From assembly GCA_014379385.1 (NCBI GenBank), contig JACMLW010000134.1:2132-66131 (forward strand): a stretch of 64,000 nucleotides of DNA. The letters are read 5' to 3'. The notes below the pieces were generated by a model, which was given only the letters and a program-made list of their open reading frames with translations, did not search any database and had not been told where the DNA came from. How positions within the stretch are numbered: position 1 is the first letter of the stretch; each line of letters opens with the position of its first letter. The position numbers were made by a program, and so were the translations under genes. This DNA comes from Phycisphaerales bacterium. Lineage in GTDB: Bacteria; Planctomycetota; Phycisphaerae; Phycisphaerales; UBA1924. Positions 37,110 through 46,153 of this stretch are shown in pieces.

Positions 37110-37835
37110 TTACTTCGCGTTGTTCGTGGGAACGACCGCGGTTGACTTGGACGCGTCACGGGTGCTCGTGATCTCCATCATTTTGAACTCTTTCCCCGAA
37201 TGCGGCTCGATGGCGTACATCTCCAGCACCATGGAGTCCTTACCGGTCCAGCGCTCGACCTCGCGCATCGTGGTCGGCTTCTTGGTCACGGGGCAGTTGT
37301 AGTTGAACGTCCACGTCATCGTGGTGCCGTCCGATGACAGCTCGCCGGTGCCGGTCATCATGCCCGTGCCGCAGTTGTCGATCCAGGTGGACTGGAACTT
37401 CTGCGAGACATTGTCAAAGCCGTAGACGCCGGACCCGAAGAACGGGCCCATGCCCGGGATCTCGCCCGACGTTTCGCACTTCGTAAAGCGGCCGTCCATG
37501 ATCGACGTCACGACGGTCTTGGTGTCGCTGGTGATCGCCTCGGTATTCGGCGCCATCCACATTTTGCTCTTGCCGTTCCACGTACCGACGGCCTTGGCGA
37601 GGTGCTGGTGCTGCGAGCCCGGAATGCCGGCCTCCATGCACGCCTGCATGTCCTTTGCCTGCTGCTCGGTCATCTGGGGCATGCCCGCGGGCTGGCCACC
37701 GGGCTTGACCGCCGGCTGCGACGGAGTCGCGGAGGGCTTGACGGGCTTGGTTTCCTTCGCGGGCTGCGCGAGGGTGATGGAGCCGGCCAGAGCAACCAGC
37801 GCGGCGACGGAAAGGCAACAGCTACGAGTCTTCAT
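37110..37835 (-). CDS. DUF1579 domain-containing secreted protein
   Basis: Trimmed to ATG 37835, preceded by GAGGAGG. Signal peptide MKTRSCCLSVAALVALAGSITLA. GTWNGKSKMWM...MDGRF...GSGVYGFDNVSQKFQSTWIDN. Confidence 0.8.
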   Translation of the reverse strand: MKTRSCCLSVAALVALAGSITLAQPAKETKPVKPSATPSQPAVKPGGQPAGMPQMTEQQAKDMQACMEAGIPGSQHQHLAKAVGTWNGKSKMWMAPNTEAITSDTKTVVTSIMDGRFTKCETSGEIPGMGPFFGSGVYGFDNVSQKFQSTWIDNCGTGMMTGTGELSSDGTTMTWTFNYNCPVTKKPTTMREVERWTGKDSMVLEMYAIEPHSGKEFKMMEITSTRDASKSTAVVPTNNAK

Positions 37836-38551
37836 GATCGAAACCTCCTCAAGGCGAACGTGGTGTGCAAAGTGACGCTTTCGTGTGCCGCGCTGCCTTG
37901 GGGCGGTTCGTGAACCGCAGTGTATCCGGAGAAACCAGCACATTGAAGTGACCAGGTGAGCGAACGGGCAGGAATGACTACGTTGAAGCCGTGAAATGCA
38001 CCGCACGACGAACGCAGTTTCGGCCGCTCAAGGATCGGCGAGACAAGCCCGCCGGGGATGAATCGATCGGAGTTTGAACGGTTTTAAAGTTCACACTAAC
38101 CTAAAATATTGGATACTCAAGCGAAAGCAGAGTTATTGTTTGGTTATGTACCCGCTACCAATCGCTCACGCTTTCGCCTGCTGCGGCGCGAACTTCTGCG
38201 TAAACAGGTTCAGCAACGAAAATACCGCGACCTGCCAGAGCCGGACGCTCGTGAAAAAAACCGATCCCCAATGCGGGAATCCGAGCAGCGAAATCGTGAG
38301 CCGTCCTCGATCGTCCGGGAACAGTGATCGATCTGGTGCGGTTACGGGGTGTCTACGCATCCGCGCCGCCGAGCTGCGAGAGCGCAGCACAAGGTGCAGC
38401 CTGTCGCGCGTTCCCTCGGTGAGGGACCATTCATCAGGGAGATCGGCAATGCCGGGGTACGAACGCTGGAAGGGCACACGGTCCCGGAGCGTACCGAGTT
38501 GTCGTGGGTACGTTTCGGGCGGACAGCGGACCGTGATCTCCGCGTCGATCT

Positions 38552-39766
38552 CTACAGCCTGCCAACCGCTACTTCTACGGCGCGGCCAAACGAAAGATCC
38601 TCTCCGAAGAGCTGCTCCCGAACGGCGTGACTCGCCGTGACCCGAGCACGATACGCATCCTCGGAATCAACAAGGCCCCTGATCGCGTCCGCGTACCCGC
38701 GCACGCTGTTCGGCTCAACCGCGATCACGGCCTGACCGCCCACTTCGATGGCCGGGCACACCGAAGAGGAAATGACGGGTAGCCCGGCCAGGATGCCCTC
38801 AAGCACCACCTTGTTCATCCCCTCCGGGTACTCCGAGCGGGTCGGCACAATCACGGCGTGGGCGGCCGCGAGGTGGTCGCCCATGGCGTCGGCATTGCAG
38901 TGGCCGTGAAGCACGAACCAGTCCTCGAGCCCTCTCGCGGTGATCGCACGCTCGAGCGACCCGCGATCCTCACCCGAGCCGCACACGCTGAACCTCACCC
39001 TGGTGCCCTCGCGTCGAAGGGTGTCCGCCACGTCGATCAGGTCGAATATCCCCTTGGCGCGCACCAGGCGCCCCGCGAAAAGAACTGTAAACACATCGTC
39101 TCGTCCGCGGATCCCTCGATCGCGCAGCTCAAAGCGAGATCGCTGAAAACTAGGCCGGAACTGCACCGTTCGCGTCCGACCCCCCATGAAAGACTCGGCT
39201 TGCTTCGCAACCTGGTCGCTCACGCACAGCACGGTATTGCACACGTGCCGATAGAAGAAGCGCTCGAGCCATCCAAGCAGTCCCTTCTTCGGACCCTTCG
39301 TCGAGTCCCAGAGCGCGTTGTGGAGCGTGGCGACGACTCGGATGCGGGTGAGCCGTAGGGGGGCGAGCACCCAGCCGTGGCTCGGATTGGCGACCAGCAC
39401 CATCATGGGGCGTGTTCGCAGCGCCCACCACAGCACTCTCGCGTTGTTGACCACCTTGCCGAGATGATACTTCGCGCCACAGGTTCCTTGCCAATAGATC
39501 CGTCGCTCTTCAACGTGCTGGCGTTCGTGAGAAGCGGTACGGCACAGCGAAGACCACGCGATTGCCTTCCCAAGAAAGCCAAGGCGATGGCAGGTATTCC
39601 AGAACTGCGCGGAGTACGTCACCGCGAGTTCGCGAGGGTCGTCCTCGCCCCGCGACCAGTAGTCAAACGTCCCGACCATGTCGGCCACGCCTGCCACATA
39701 CAGGATCGCGCGACCGTCGTTCCGCACGCTCGCACGATGTCCAGTAGCAGCCGTATGTGTGGGCAC
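38552..39766 (-). CDS. Glycosyltransferase family 4 (GT-B fold)
   Basis: LFAGRLVRAKGIFDLI..., VPTRSEYPEGMNKVVLEGILAGLPVISS (E-x7-E region). GTG start. Confidence 0.8.
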   Translation of the reverse strand: MPTHTAATGHRASVRNDGRAILYVAGVADMVGTFDYWSRGEDDPRELAVTYSAQFWNTCHRLGFLGKAIAWSSLCRTASHERQHVEERRIYWQGTCGAKYHLGKVVNNARVLWWALRTRPMMVLVANPSHGWVLAPLRLTRIRVVATLHNALWDSTKGPKKGLLGWLERFFYRHVCNTVLCVSDQVAKQAESFMGGRTRTVQFRPSFQRSRFELRDRGIRGRDDVFTVLFAGRLVRAKGIFDLIDVADTLRREGTRVRFSVCGSGEDRGSLERAITARGLEDWFVLHGHCNADAMGDHLAAAHAVIVPTRSEYPEGMNKVVLEGILAGLPVISSSVCPAIEVGGQAVIAVEPNSVRGYADAIRGLVDSEDAYRARVTASHAVREQLFGEDLSFGRAVEVAVGRL

Positions 39767-39929
39767 AAAATAGATCCTTCACCCACCCTTGAGTGAGGAA
39801 AGTACCGTATTCTGTGCCCTGGAAACACCCGGTAAGCATTAAGCTTTGGCTAAGAAATCTTAACGCACCTCAAAGCTCGTATCCCTTGCGATGGAACGCC
39901 TTAACTTATGCAGTTATGGGGGACGTTGC

Positions 39930-40589
39930 TTACCGCCGCCGGCGTGCCAGCACCGCGCCGAGCGCGAGCATCGACATCGCTCCCGGTGCCGGCACCGCGA
40001 AGCCGGGCGATGCGATATCGCCGTTGGCCCCGAGCACCGCGCCGTTCTCGCCCACCACGCTCAGGCCGAGGTCATTGCCCGCCATGTCGGCCTCGAACGA
40101 CACGCCCCGCGTGTTCGCCGCGTACAGGTACGAGCTGAGCTGCACGCCCGAAGGGTCGTAGAAGAACACGCCGTCGTTCGTATTACCCAGGCCGGAGAAC
40201 GTGTCCCCGTCGGGTGTCGCGTCGTCGAGCATCGCGTCGATGCCGAGGATCACGACCGTGTCGGGGATGCCCCAGTTCGCGCGCCACGCGGCGAGGCTCG
40301 ACGCGCTCTCCTCGAGGATGATGATCGACTGCCCGGGGCTAATCGTGATCGCCGGGAAAAAGTTCGAGTCGCTGCTCGGAAGGGCATCCTCCGTGTCGGC
40401 CCACTGGTAGCCGGCAAGGTCGATCGCACCGGGGCCGGAGTTGCTGAGCTCCCACCAATCTCCATTGATGGTGCTGGGGGTGCCGGCGGTGGTCTGCGGG
40501 GCAACCTCGGTGATGCGGAGGTCGGCGAAGGCAGTGGACGCCGCGAGCGCGGCGACGATGAGAGCGGAAGCGGTGATGGCGCGGGACAT
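39930..40589 (-). CDS. Lamin-tail-domain (LTD) protein with PEP-CTERM-type anchor
   Basis: ATG 40589 with AAGGAGA Shine-Dalgarno and a signal peptide. LRITEVAPQ...NGDWWELSNSGPGAIDLAGY (LTD). C-terminal VPAPGAMSMLALGAVLARRRR. Confidence 0.8.
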   Translation of the reverse strand: MSRAITASALIVAALAASTAFADLRITEVAPQTTAGTPSTINGDWWELSNSGPGAIDLAGYQWADTEDALPSSDSNFFPAITISPGQSIIILEESASSLAAWRANWGIPDTVVILGIDAMLDDATPDGDTFSGLGNTNDGVFFYDPSGVQLSSYLYAANTRGVSFEADMAGNDLGLSVVGENGAVLGANGDIASPGFAVPAPGAMSMLALGAVLARRRR

Positions 40590-40671
40590 GTGGGTCTCCT
40601 TCTCGTTCACAGAGCGGGTGTTTCGACTTGGTGGTGGGTGGACGGGGTGGGATGCGGATCCGAATCGCCGC

Positions 40672-41559
40672 TCAGCGGCGGCGACGGCGGGCGCCGGTCA
40701 GGCCCGCGACGGCCAGCAGCGCCATCGCGCCGGGTGCCGGAACAGGCACGAGCACGAACATCTCGGGCGCTTCGCCCACAACGTAGATCACGCCGTTAGA
40801 GTCGATCGTCACGCCCTCGGCGTCGCCCGCGAGCGCGGCGAAGTTGAAGGTGCTGAGGATCACGCCCGCGCGGGTCACTTCCATCAGCAGCGACGACTCT
40901 TGGCTGTAGACGAGCAGGTTGTCGCCGTCGGGCGTGCCGACCAGCGACGGCACCGTGCCGAGCACCTGAACGTCCGAGAGATCAAGCACGCCCAGCGCGG
41001 GCACGAACAGGTCGGCCACCGTGGCGCTCGAGGCGTTGAAGTCGATCTGGACGTCCAGCACCTGCTGCGGCGACTTCTCCTTCACCGCGATGAAGTGGCC
41101 GTTGGCGGGGTCGTACGAAATCCCCTCGATGCCGATGTTGCCGACGGTCGGGCCGAGCGACGCGGTGGGGAGGGTGTTGCGAACGGCGTTGCCGCCGCCG
41201 GTGTACGTGAACTGGTACGCGTCCTGCAGGCGCTCCTCGGTGATGACAAACTGACCGCCACCCGTGTACGTCAGGCCCTCGGTGTCGTCGAACCCGCTCA
41301 GCGACATGACGCTGAGCTGGACGCCGGTGGTCGAGACCTCGACCACCGCATCGCCCTCATCGCCGAGCACGAAGAGCGTGCCCGTGTCCCAGTTGAACGT
41401 GACGGCCGAAGCCTCAGACGCGGCCGAGGGCAGCGGGAACTGTCCCGCGAGCTGATACTGCGAGAGGTCGATGGAGGTGACGCCGGCGCACGCAGCGGAC
41501 GCCGCGAGTGCGAGAGCGAGGGTGGGGACGACGGTGCGAACAGATGCCGAGGTCTTCAT
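40672..41559 (-). CDS. SdiA-regulated/YjiK-like beta-propeller protein with PEP-CTERM-type anchor
   Basis: ATG 41559 with GGAAGGAGAG Shine-Dalgarno and a signal peptide. EASAVTFNWDTGTLFVLGDEGD, DTEGLTY, IEGISYDP. C-terminal VPAPGAMALLAVAGLTGARRRRR. Confidence 0.75.
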   Translation of the reverse strand: MKTSASVRTVVPTLALALAASAACAGVTSIDLSQYQLAGQFPLPSAASEASAVTFNWDTGTLFVLGDEGDAVVEVSTTGVQLSVMSLSGFDDTEGLTYTGGGQFVITEERLQDAYQFTYTGGGNAVRNTLPTASLGPTVGNIGIEGISYDPANGHFIAVKEKSPQQVLDVQIDFNASSATVADLFVPALGVLDLSDVQVLGTVPSLVGTPDGDNLLVYSQESSLLMEVTRAGVILSTFNFAALAGDAEGVTIDSNGVIYVVGEAPEMFVLVPVPAPGAMALLAVAGLTGARRRRR

Positions 41560-41711
41560 GGTCTCTTCTCTCCTTCCAGCGGGGGCGTTCACCAGTTGGA
41601 GGACGCCTGAACGCGGGAACGAGGAAGATATGGGCTTGAGTTTTGCGGGCGAGCGCCGGTGCGCTAAGGGTTGGCGAAGAACGACGCCGCGCGGCTGGTA
41701 TGCTCCGCCGC

Positions 41712-42614
41712 ATGCTCGACGAGTTCCTCGGTCTGTTCGCGCATTCATCCCCCGGACTCTCGTTCCCTTCATGGGAGCCGGTGAGCGCGTTCCCGCCATT
41801 GGCCCTCCCGGTGGGGCACCGCGCTGCCCCAGCGCCCGCGCCGGAGTTGAGCGCGGAGCGGGCCCGACTCTTCGGCGAGGCGCCGGAACTCGAGTCATTA
41901 CGGCGCTTTTACGAGCGGCACGATGGGGCCGAGCTCTGCATCGTCTCCGCGTGGTACCCCGTCAGCGGCGAGTCCTGGCCGCGTCCCATGCCGCTGATCA
42001 CACTCCTGGGCACGCAGGAGATCCAGCGCTCCACGCGGCGCCTGCGACGCGGCGGCGACAAGCACTGGATCCTCGAGGATCGCGAGAGCTGCGCCGCGCT
42101 GATCGCCGATCCCGAGAGCTGGGTTGTCTTCGGAATCGAGAACGACGCCGCGGCGGATACCAACGGCATGTTCATCGTGTTCCGGTCGGCGCCGAACGCG
42201 GGGCAGGTGCTGTTCATCGCGCCGCAACTCAAACGCAGCGCCGCGAAGTCGGTGGACCTCTTCTTCCGGCGACTGGGGACCGCGATGGGCGAGGTGCTGC
42301 GCTCGTGCGACATCCGCACGCGGCTGTGCGGGCCCGATGGCGATGCATTCGGGCGCGATGCGGAGAGGTATTTCCCGGACATCACCGGGCATCCCGATCT
42401 GCGGACGAGCGGGTCGTGGGCAACGGGGCGGCCGGAAGCCGAGGAGGCGGTGAAGGTCGGCGTGAAGGGAAGCCGGGGAACGAAGAAGGGCCAGGGCAAG
42501 AAGAAAGTTGTGAGCAAGAAGAAGACGGCCGCAACTCCGAAGAAGTCAACGAAGAAGAGATCGTTAGCGAAGAAGGCCGGGAACAAGCAGAGCGGCTCTG
42601 CTAAGCGGCCGTGA
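41712..42614 (+). CDS. SMI1/KNR4 (SUKH)-like protein with Lys-rich histone H1-like tail
   Basis: ATG 41712 (MLDEFLGL). LESLRRFYERHDGAELCIVSAWYP. C-terminal KKGQGKKKVVSKKKTAATPKKSTKKRSLAKKAGNKQSGSAKRP. Family call is tentative. Confidence 0.6.
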   Translation: MLDEFLGLFAHSSPGLSFPSWEPVSAFPPLALPVGHRAAPAPAPELSAERARLFGEAPELESLRRFYERHDGAELCIVSAWYPVSGESWPRPMPLITLLGTQEIQRSTRRLRRGGDKHWILEDRESCAALIADPESWVVFGIENDAAADTNGMFIVFRSAPNAGQVLFIAPQLKRSAAKSVDLFFRRLGTAMGEVLRSCDIRTRLCGPDGDAFGRDAERYFPDITGHPDLRTSGSWATGRPEAEEAVKVGVKGSRGTKKGQGKKKVVSKKKTAATPKKSTKKRSLAKKAGNKQSGSAKRP

Positions 42615-43009
42615 ACGATCAAGCGGTGGGAAGTCGGCACTGTCGTTGGTGGTGACGGATCCGGGTATGGGGGAGAAGCCGCTGCCGGGAGCCGCCACGC
42701 GGGTCACGATGCCATCATGGCTACAGCCCGCGGCCCCGATGGGCTCGCGACGCCCCCGTCTGGTTATGCGGCCGGCGAGCGAGAGGTTGGCCCGGCTGGT
42801 GCGGCGCCCGGTGCGGCTCAGTGGACCTGGCAGCGCCTTGGTCATAAGTAGCGGCGGGTTGATCGAGAATCAGCGGTTATCTCGTGACAATGGCCTTGAC
42901 GCGCGGGCCAGCAATCGAGGAACATGACCATCTACTGGCCGCAACGGCTGCGCTGTCCAGCGCGCTGTTCAATCACCCCCCAGTTCGTTTCTTTGTGAAG
43001 GGTTCCGTC

Positions 43010-45757
43010 ATGACCACCGCCCACTCCGGAGGCCGTCGCACCGTGTCTGTCGTGCGCCACAGCGGCCGCGCCCTCGGCTCGGCATTCTTTGACCGGCTTG
43101 AGCCACGCCAACTGCTGACCGCCGTGTTCTGGGATGGCGGCGCGGGCGACAACTTCTGGCATTCGCCCGACAACTGGAGCACGGACGCCGTGCCCACCGC
43201 CGCGGACGATGTGTCGATCTCGCTCCCCGCTTCCAGCCCCACGATCATCTTCGATGCCAACTCCGAGATTCGCTCCGTCCGCAGCCTCGTGACCGACGAG
43301 TCCATGTCCATCAGCGGCGGCACGCTGAGCATCCTCGAGGCATCATCGTTCAACGCCGATCTGACCGTGAGCGGCGGCGTGCTCGACGTGGCCGGCGCCA
43401 CCGTGCTCAGCGCCGGCGGCACGCTCTCCGCCGGCTTCATCACCGGCTCGGGCGACGTCACGGTCACGGGCCAGTTCAACTGGACGGGCGGGACGCTCGA
43501 GGGTACCGGGCTGCTCACGATCGCCCCGGCGGGCTCGCTCTCGCTCACGGGCTCGGTTCACTCGCTCGGGCGGGACGCCATCTTCAACGGGCCGGTCTCC
43601 TGGAACGAGGGCGACCTCTACTTCTACGACGCAGTCGTCACCAACAACGCCACGTTCACCGCGAACCCGAGCGCCTCGATCAGCGCCTACGGCATTGTCG
43701 GCGACAATAGTTTCGTCAACGCCGGCAGCTTCATCAAGCAGGGCGCCAGCGACACCGGTTTCCTCGTCTCCTCGGTCCCGGTCGCCTTCAACAACACCGG
43801 CGCCGTCACCATCTCTGCCGGGCAACTGTCGATGCAATCGGGCGGCTCGCACACCGGCGACTTCTCCCTCGCTCCCGGCACCACCCTCGGAGTCGGCGGC
43901 GATCATATTTTTGCCGCGGGGTCCGACATCACCGGCAACGGCAATCTCTTTGTCGCGAGCGGGACGAGCACGTACGGGGGCTCGATCAGCACGTCCGGGT
44001 CCGCCACATTCGTCGGCGGCACGTTCACCATTACCGGCGCCGTCACCGCCGGCAGCGTCACGGTCTCCGGCGGCACCGTCGCATTCAACGGCACAGCCTC
44101 CACCCCCGCCTTCACCTTCTCGGGCGGGCTCATCACCGGCGCGGGCGATCTCACCGTCACGGGCGCGCTCTCGTGGACGGGCGGAACGCTCGAGGGGACG
44201 GGCCAACTGACAATCGCCGCGGCGGCCTCGCTCTCGCTCTCGGGCTCCATCCACTCGCTCGGGCGGGACACGGTGCTCAACGGCCCCGTCACCTGGACCG
44301 AGGGCGACATCTACTTCTACGGCGCGACCCTCACCAACAACGCCACGTTCACGATCAGCGCCAACTCCGCGCTGGCGGCGTACGGCATCGCGGGGGACAA
44401 CACGTTCATCAATGCGGGCACGCTTCTCAAACAGGGCGCCAGCGACGCATCGTTCCTGATCTCGTCGGTCCCCGTGGCGTTCAACAACACGGGCACGGTC
44501 ACCGTTTCCGCGGGACAGCTTCTGATGAACTCGGGTGGCATTCACAGCGGCGATTTCTCGGTCGCCACCGGCACCACCCTCGGGGTCGGCGGTGATCACA
44601 CCTTCGCCCCGGGGTCCGACATCGCGGGCAACGGCAATCTGCTGGTGGCGTCGGGAACCAGCTCGTACGCCGGCTCGATCTCTACGTCGGGCTCGGCAAC
44701 GTTCACCGGGGGAACATTCACCATCAGCGGTTCGTTTAGCTCCGCCAGCGTTGTTGTGTCGGGCGGCATCGTCGCGTTCAATGGCCCCGCATCAACCTCG
44801 GCGCTCGCGCTGTCGGCGGGCGTCGTCACCGGCTCGGGGAACCTCACCGTGACGGGCGTGTTCAACTGGACGGGGGGGACGCTCGACGGCACGGGGCAGC
44901 TCATCATTTCCCCCACCGGGTCGGCCTCGCTCACCGGCACCGTCCACCTGCTCGGGCGCGACACCGTGTTCAACGGCCCGGTCATGTGGACCGAGGGCGA
45001 CCTCTACTTTTACGGCGCGACCGTCACCAACAACGCCGCGTTCACCATCAATCCTGTCGCTTCGGTGACCGCCTACGGCATCGCCGGCGACAACCTGTTC
45101 ATCAACGCCGGAACCCTCACCAAGCACGGCGCCAGCGACACCGGCTTTCTCATCTCTTCGGTCATCGTCGCCTTCAGTAACTCCGGCACGGTCAACGTTC
45201 TCAATGGCGACCTGACCTTCAATCAGCCCACCTTCATGAACTCCGGCGACATCTCGCTCGTCTCGGGCTCCCAGATCTCGATCACCGGCGGCTTTGTGCA
45301 GACGGGCACCGGCTCCATCACCACGCAGATCGCCGGGGCCACCGCCGGCACCTATGGGCGCATCATCGCCACCGGCCCGGCCGCCATCGACGGCGACCTC
45401 ACCGCGTCGGTCGTCGGCGGCTTCACGCCGCAGCGCTTCGACCGGTTCGACATCGTCACCGGCTCCTCGCTCACCGGGACCTTCGACAATGTCGTCCTCC
45501 CAATCGCCGCGGCGGCGAACCGCAAGTGGGTCATCGTCTATCAGCCCGACCGCGCGCAGCTGCTGTACACATCCACGGCCGACTGGGACAACTCCGGCAC
45601 GATCGGATCGGCCGACATCACGGCGTTCCTGTCGAGCTGGTTCTCCGATCTCCAGAACGGCACGCTCACCGCGGACTTCAACAACAGCGGTAGTACCGGG
45701 TCGTCGGACATCACGGCGTTCCTCAACGCCTGGTTCTTCGCGCTCGGCGGGGGATAA
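43010..45757 (+). CDS. Large secreted beta-helix-like repeat protein with GC-type dockerin-like C-terminus
   Basis: Trimmed to ATG 43010. N-terminal FDRLEPRQLLTA motif. Three ~231-aa repeats (ITGSGDVTVTGQFNWTGGTLEGTG...). C-terminal duplicated DWDNSGTIGSADITAFLSSWF / DFNNSGSTGSSDITAFLNAWF. Confidence 0.85.
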   Translation: MTTAHSGGRRTVSVVRHSGRALGSAFFDRLEPRQLLTAVFWDGGAGDNFWHSPDNWSTDAVPTAADDVSISLPASSPTIIFDANSEIRSVRSLVTDESMSISGGTLSILEASSFNADLTVSGGVLDVAGATVLSAGGTLSAGFITGSGDVTVTGQFNWTGGTLEGTGLLTIAPAGSLSLTGSVHSLGRDAIFNGPVSWNEGDLYFYDAVVTNNATFTANPSASISAYGIVGDNSFVNAGSFIKQGASDTGFLVSSVPVAFNNTGAVTISAGQLSMQSGGSHTGDFSLAPGTTLGVGGDHIFAAGSDITGNGNLFVASGTSTYGGSISTSGSATFVGGTFTITGAVTAGSVTVSGGTVAFNGTASTPAFTFSGGLITGAGDLTVTGALSWTGGTLEGTGQLTIAAAASLSLSGSIHSLGRDTVLNGPVTWTEGDIYFYGATLTNNATFTISANSALAAYGIAGDNTFINAGTLLKQGASDASFLISSVPVAFNNTGTVTVSAGQLLMNSGGIHSGDFSVATGTTLGVGGDHTFAPGSDIAGNGNLLVASGTSSYAGSISTSGSATFTGGTFTISGSFSSASVVVSGGIVAFNGPASTSALALSAGVVTGSGNLTVTGVFNWTGGTLDGTGQLIISPTGSASLTGTVHLLGRDTVFNGPVMWTEGDLYFYGATVTNNAAFTINPVASVTAYGIAGDNLFINAGTLTKHGASDTGFLISSVIVAFSNSGTVNVLNGDLTFNQPTFMNSGDISLVSGSQISITGGFVQTGTGSITTQIAGATAGTYGRIIATGPAAIDGDLTASVVGGFTPQRFDRFDIVTGSSLTGTFDNVVLPIAAAANRKWVIVYQPDRAQLLYTSTADWDNSGTIGSADITAFLSSWFSDLQNGTLTADFNNSGSTGSSDITAFLNAWFFALGGG
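43433..45210 (+). repeat. In-frame tandem repeat, period 693 bp, ~2.6 units
   Basis: Unit starts at 43433, 44126 and 44819 (exact 693-nt spacing), e.g. ttcaactggacgggcgggacgctcgagggtacc / ctctcgtggacgggcggaacgctcgaggggacg / ttcaactggacgggggggacgctcgacggcacg. Confidence 0.9.
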
Positions 45758-46077
45758 GGCCCGATCCCGCGCGGGCGTGACAACTGCGTGCGCGTATGGC
45801 CGCACGCGCGGCGAGCTCCGTTGAGGGCCTCTGCGCGGCGATCGACCAATTGGTGCGGTGCGCGCGACGGGGATGTCGGCGGTGGCAGGCGAGACGCTTG
45901 CGGTCGCGGTGGCGGAGGGTGGGTCGATGAAAACGCCGCGGGGGTCGAAACTGGGGGCAGGCTTGGTGGAAGAGTAATCGTAAGAAGGCGAGGATAAAGA
46001 ATCGCCCGTGGAAGCAGGTTCGCCGACGCGCGGGCTTCCCGCGCGGCCGACGGAGTTGAGGACGGAGGAGGCGGGGC

Positions 46078-46153
46078 GCACACCGGTCTGGAGACCGGTG
46101 CCACCAAGAGGAGAAGAGGAAGAAGGAACACCGGTCTGGAGACCGGTGCCACC
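46078..46153. repeat. Two HP-B hairpin repeats separated by a purine-rich 22-nt spacer
   Basis: CACCGGTCTGGAGACCGGTGCCACC occurs twice (46081..46105 and 46129..46153). 9-bp stem CACCGGTCT/AGACCGGTG. Third copy at 51966..51991. Confidence 0.9.

Noticed and set aside
42780-42880. tRNA-like strings (GGCTCAGTGG, GGGTTGATCGAGAATC) upstream of the beta-helix gene
   Set aside because: I could not fold a cloverleaf: there are no complementary acceptor or D stems and no GTTCGAATC-type T-loop.
46078-46153. Two identical 25-nt repeats with a short spacer as a mini-CRISPR array
   Set aside because: There are only two units, the spacer is ~23 nt of purine-rich low complexity, the same repeat occurs singly elsewhere, and there are no cas genes.
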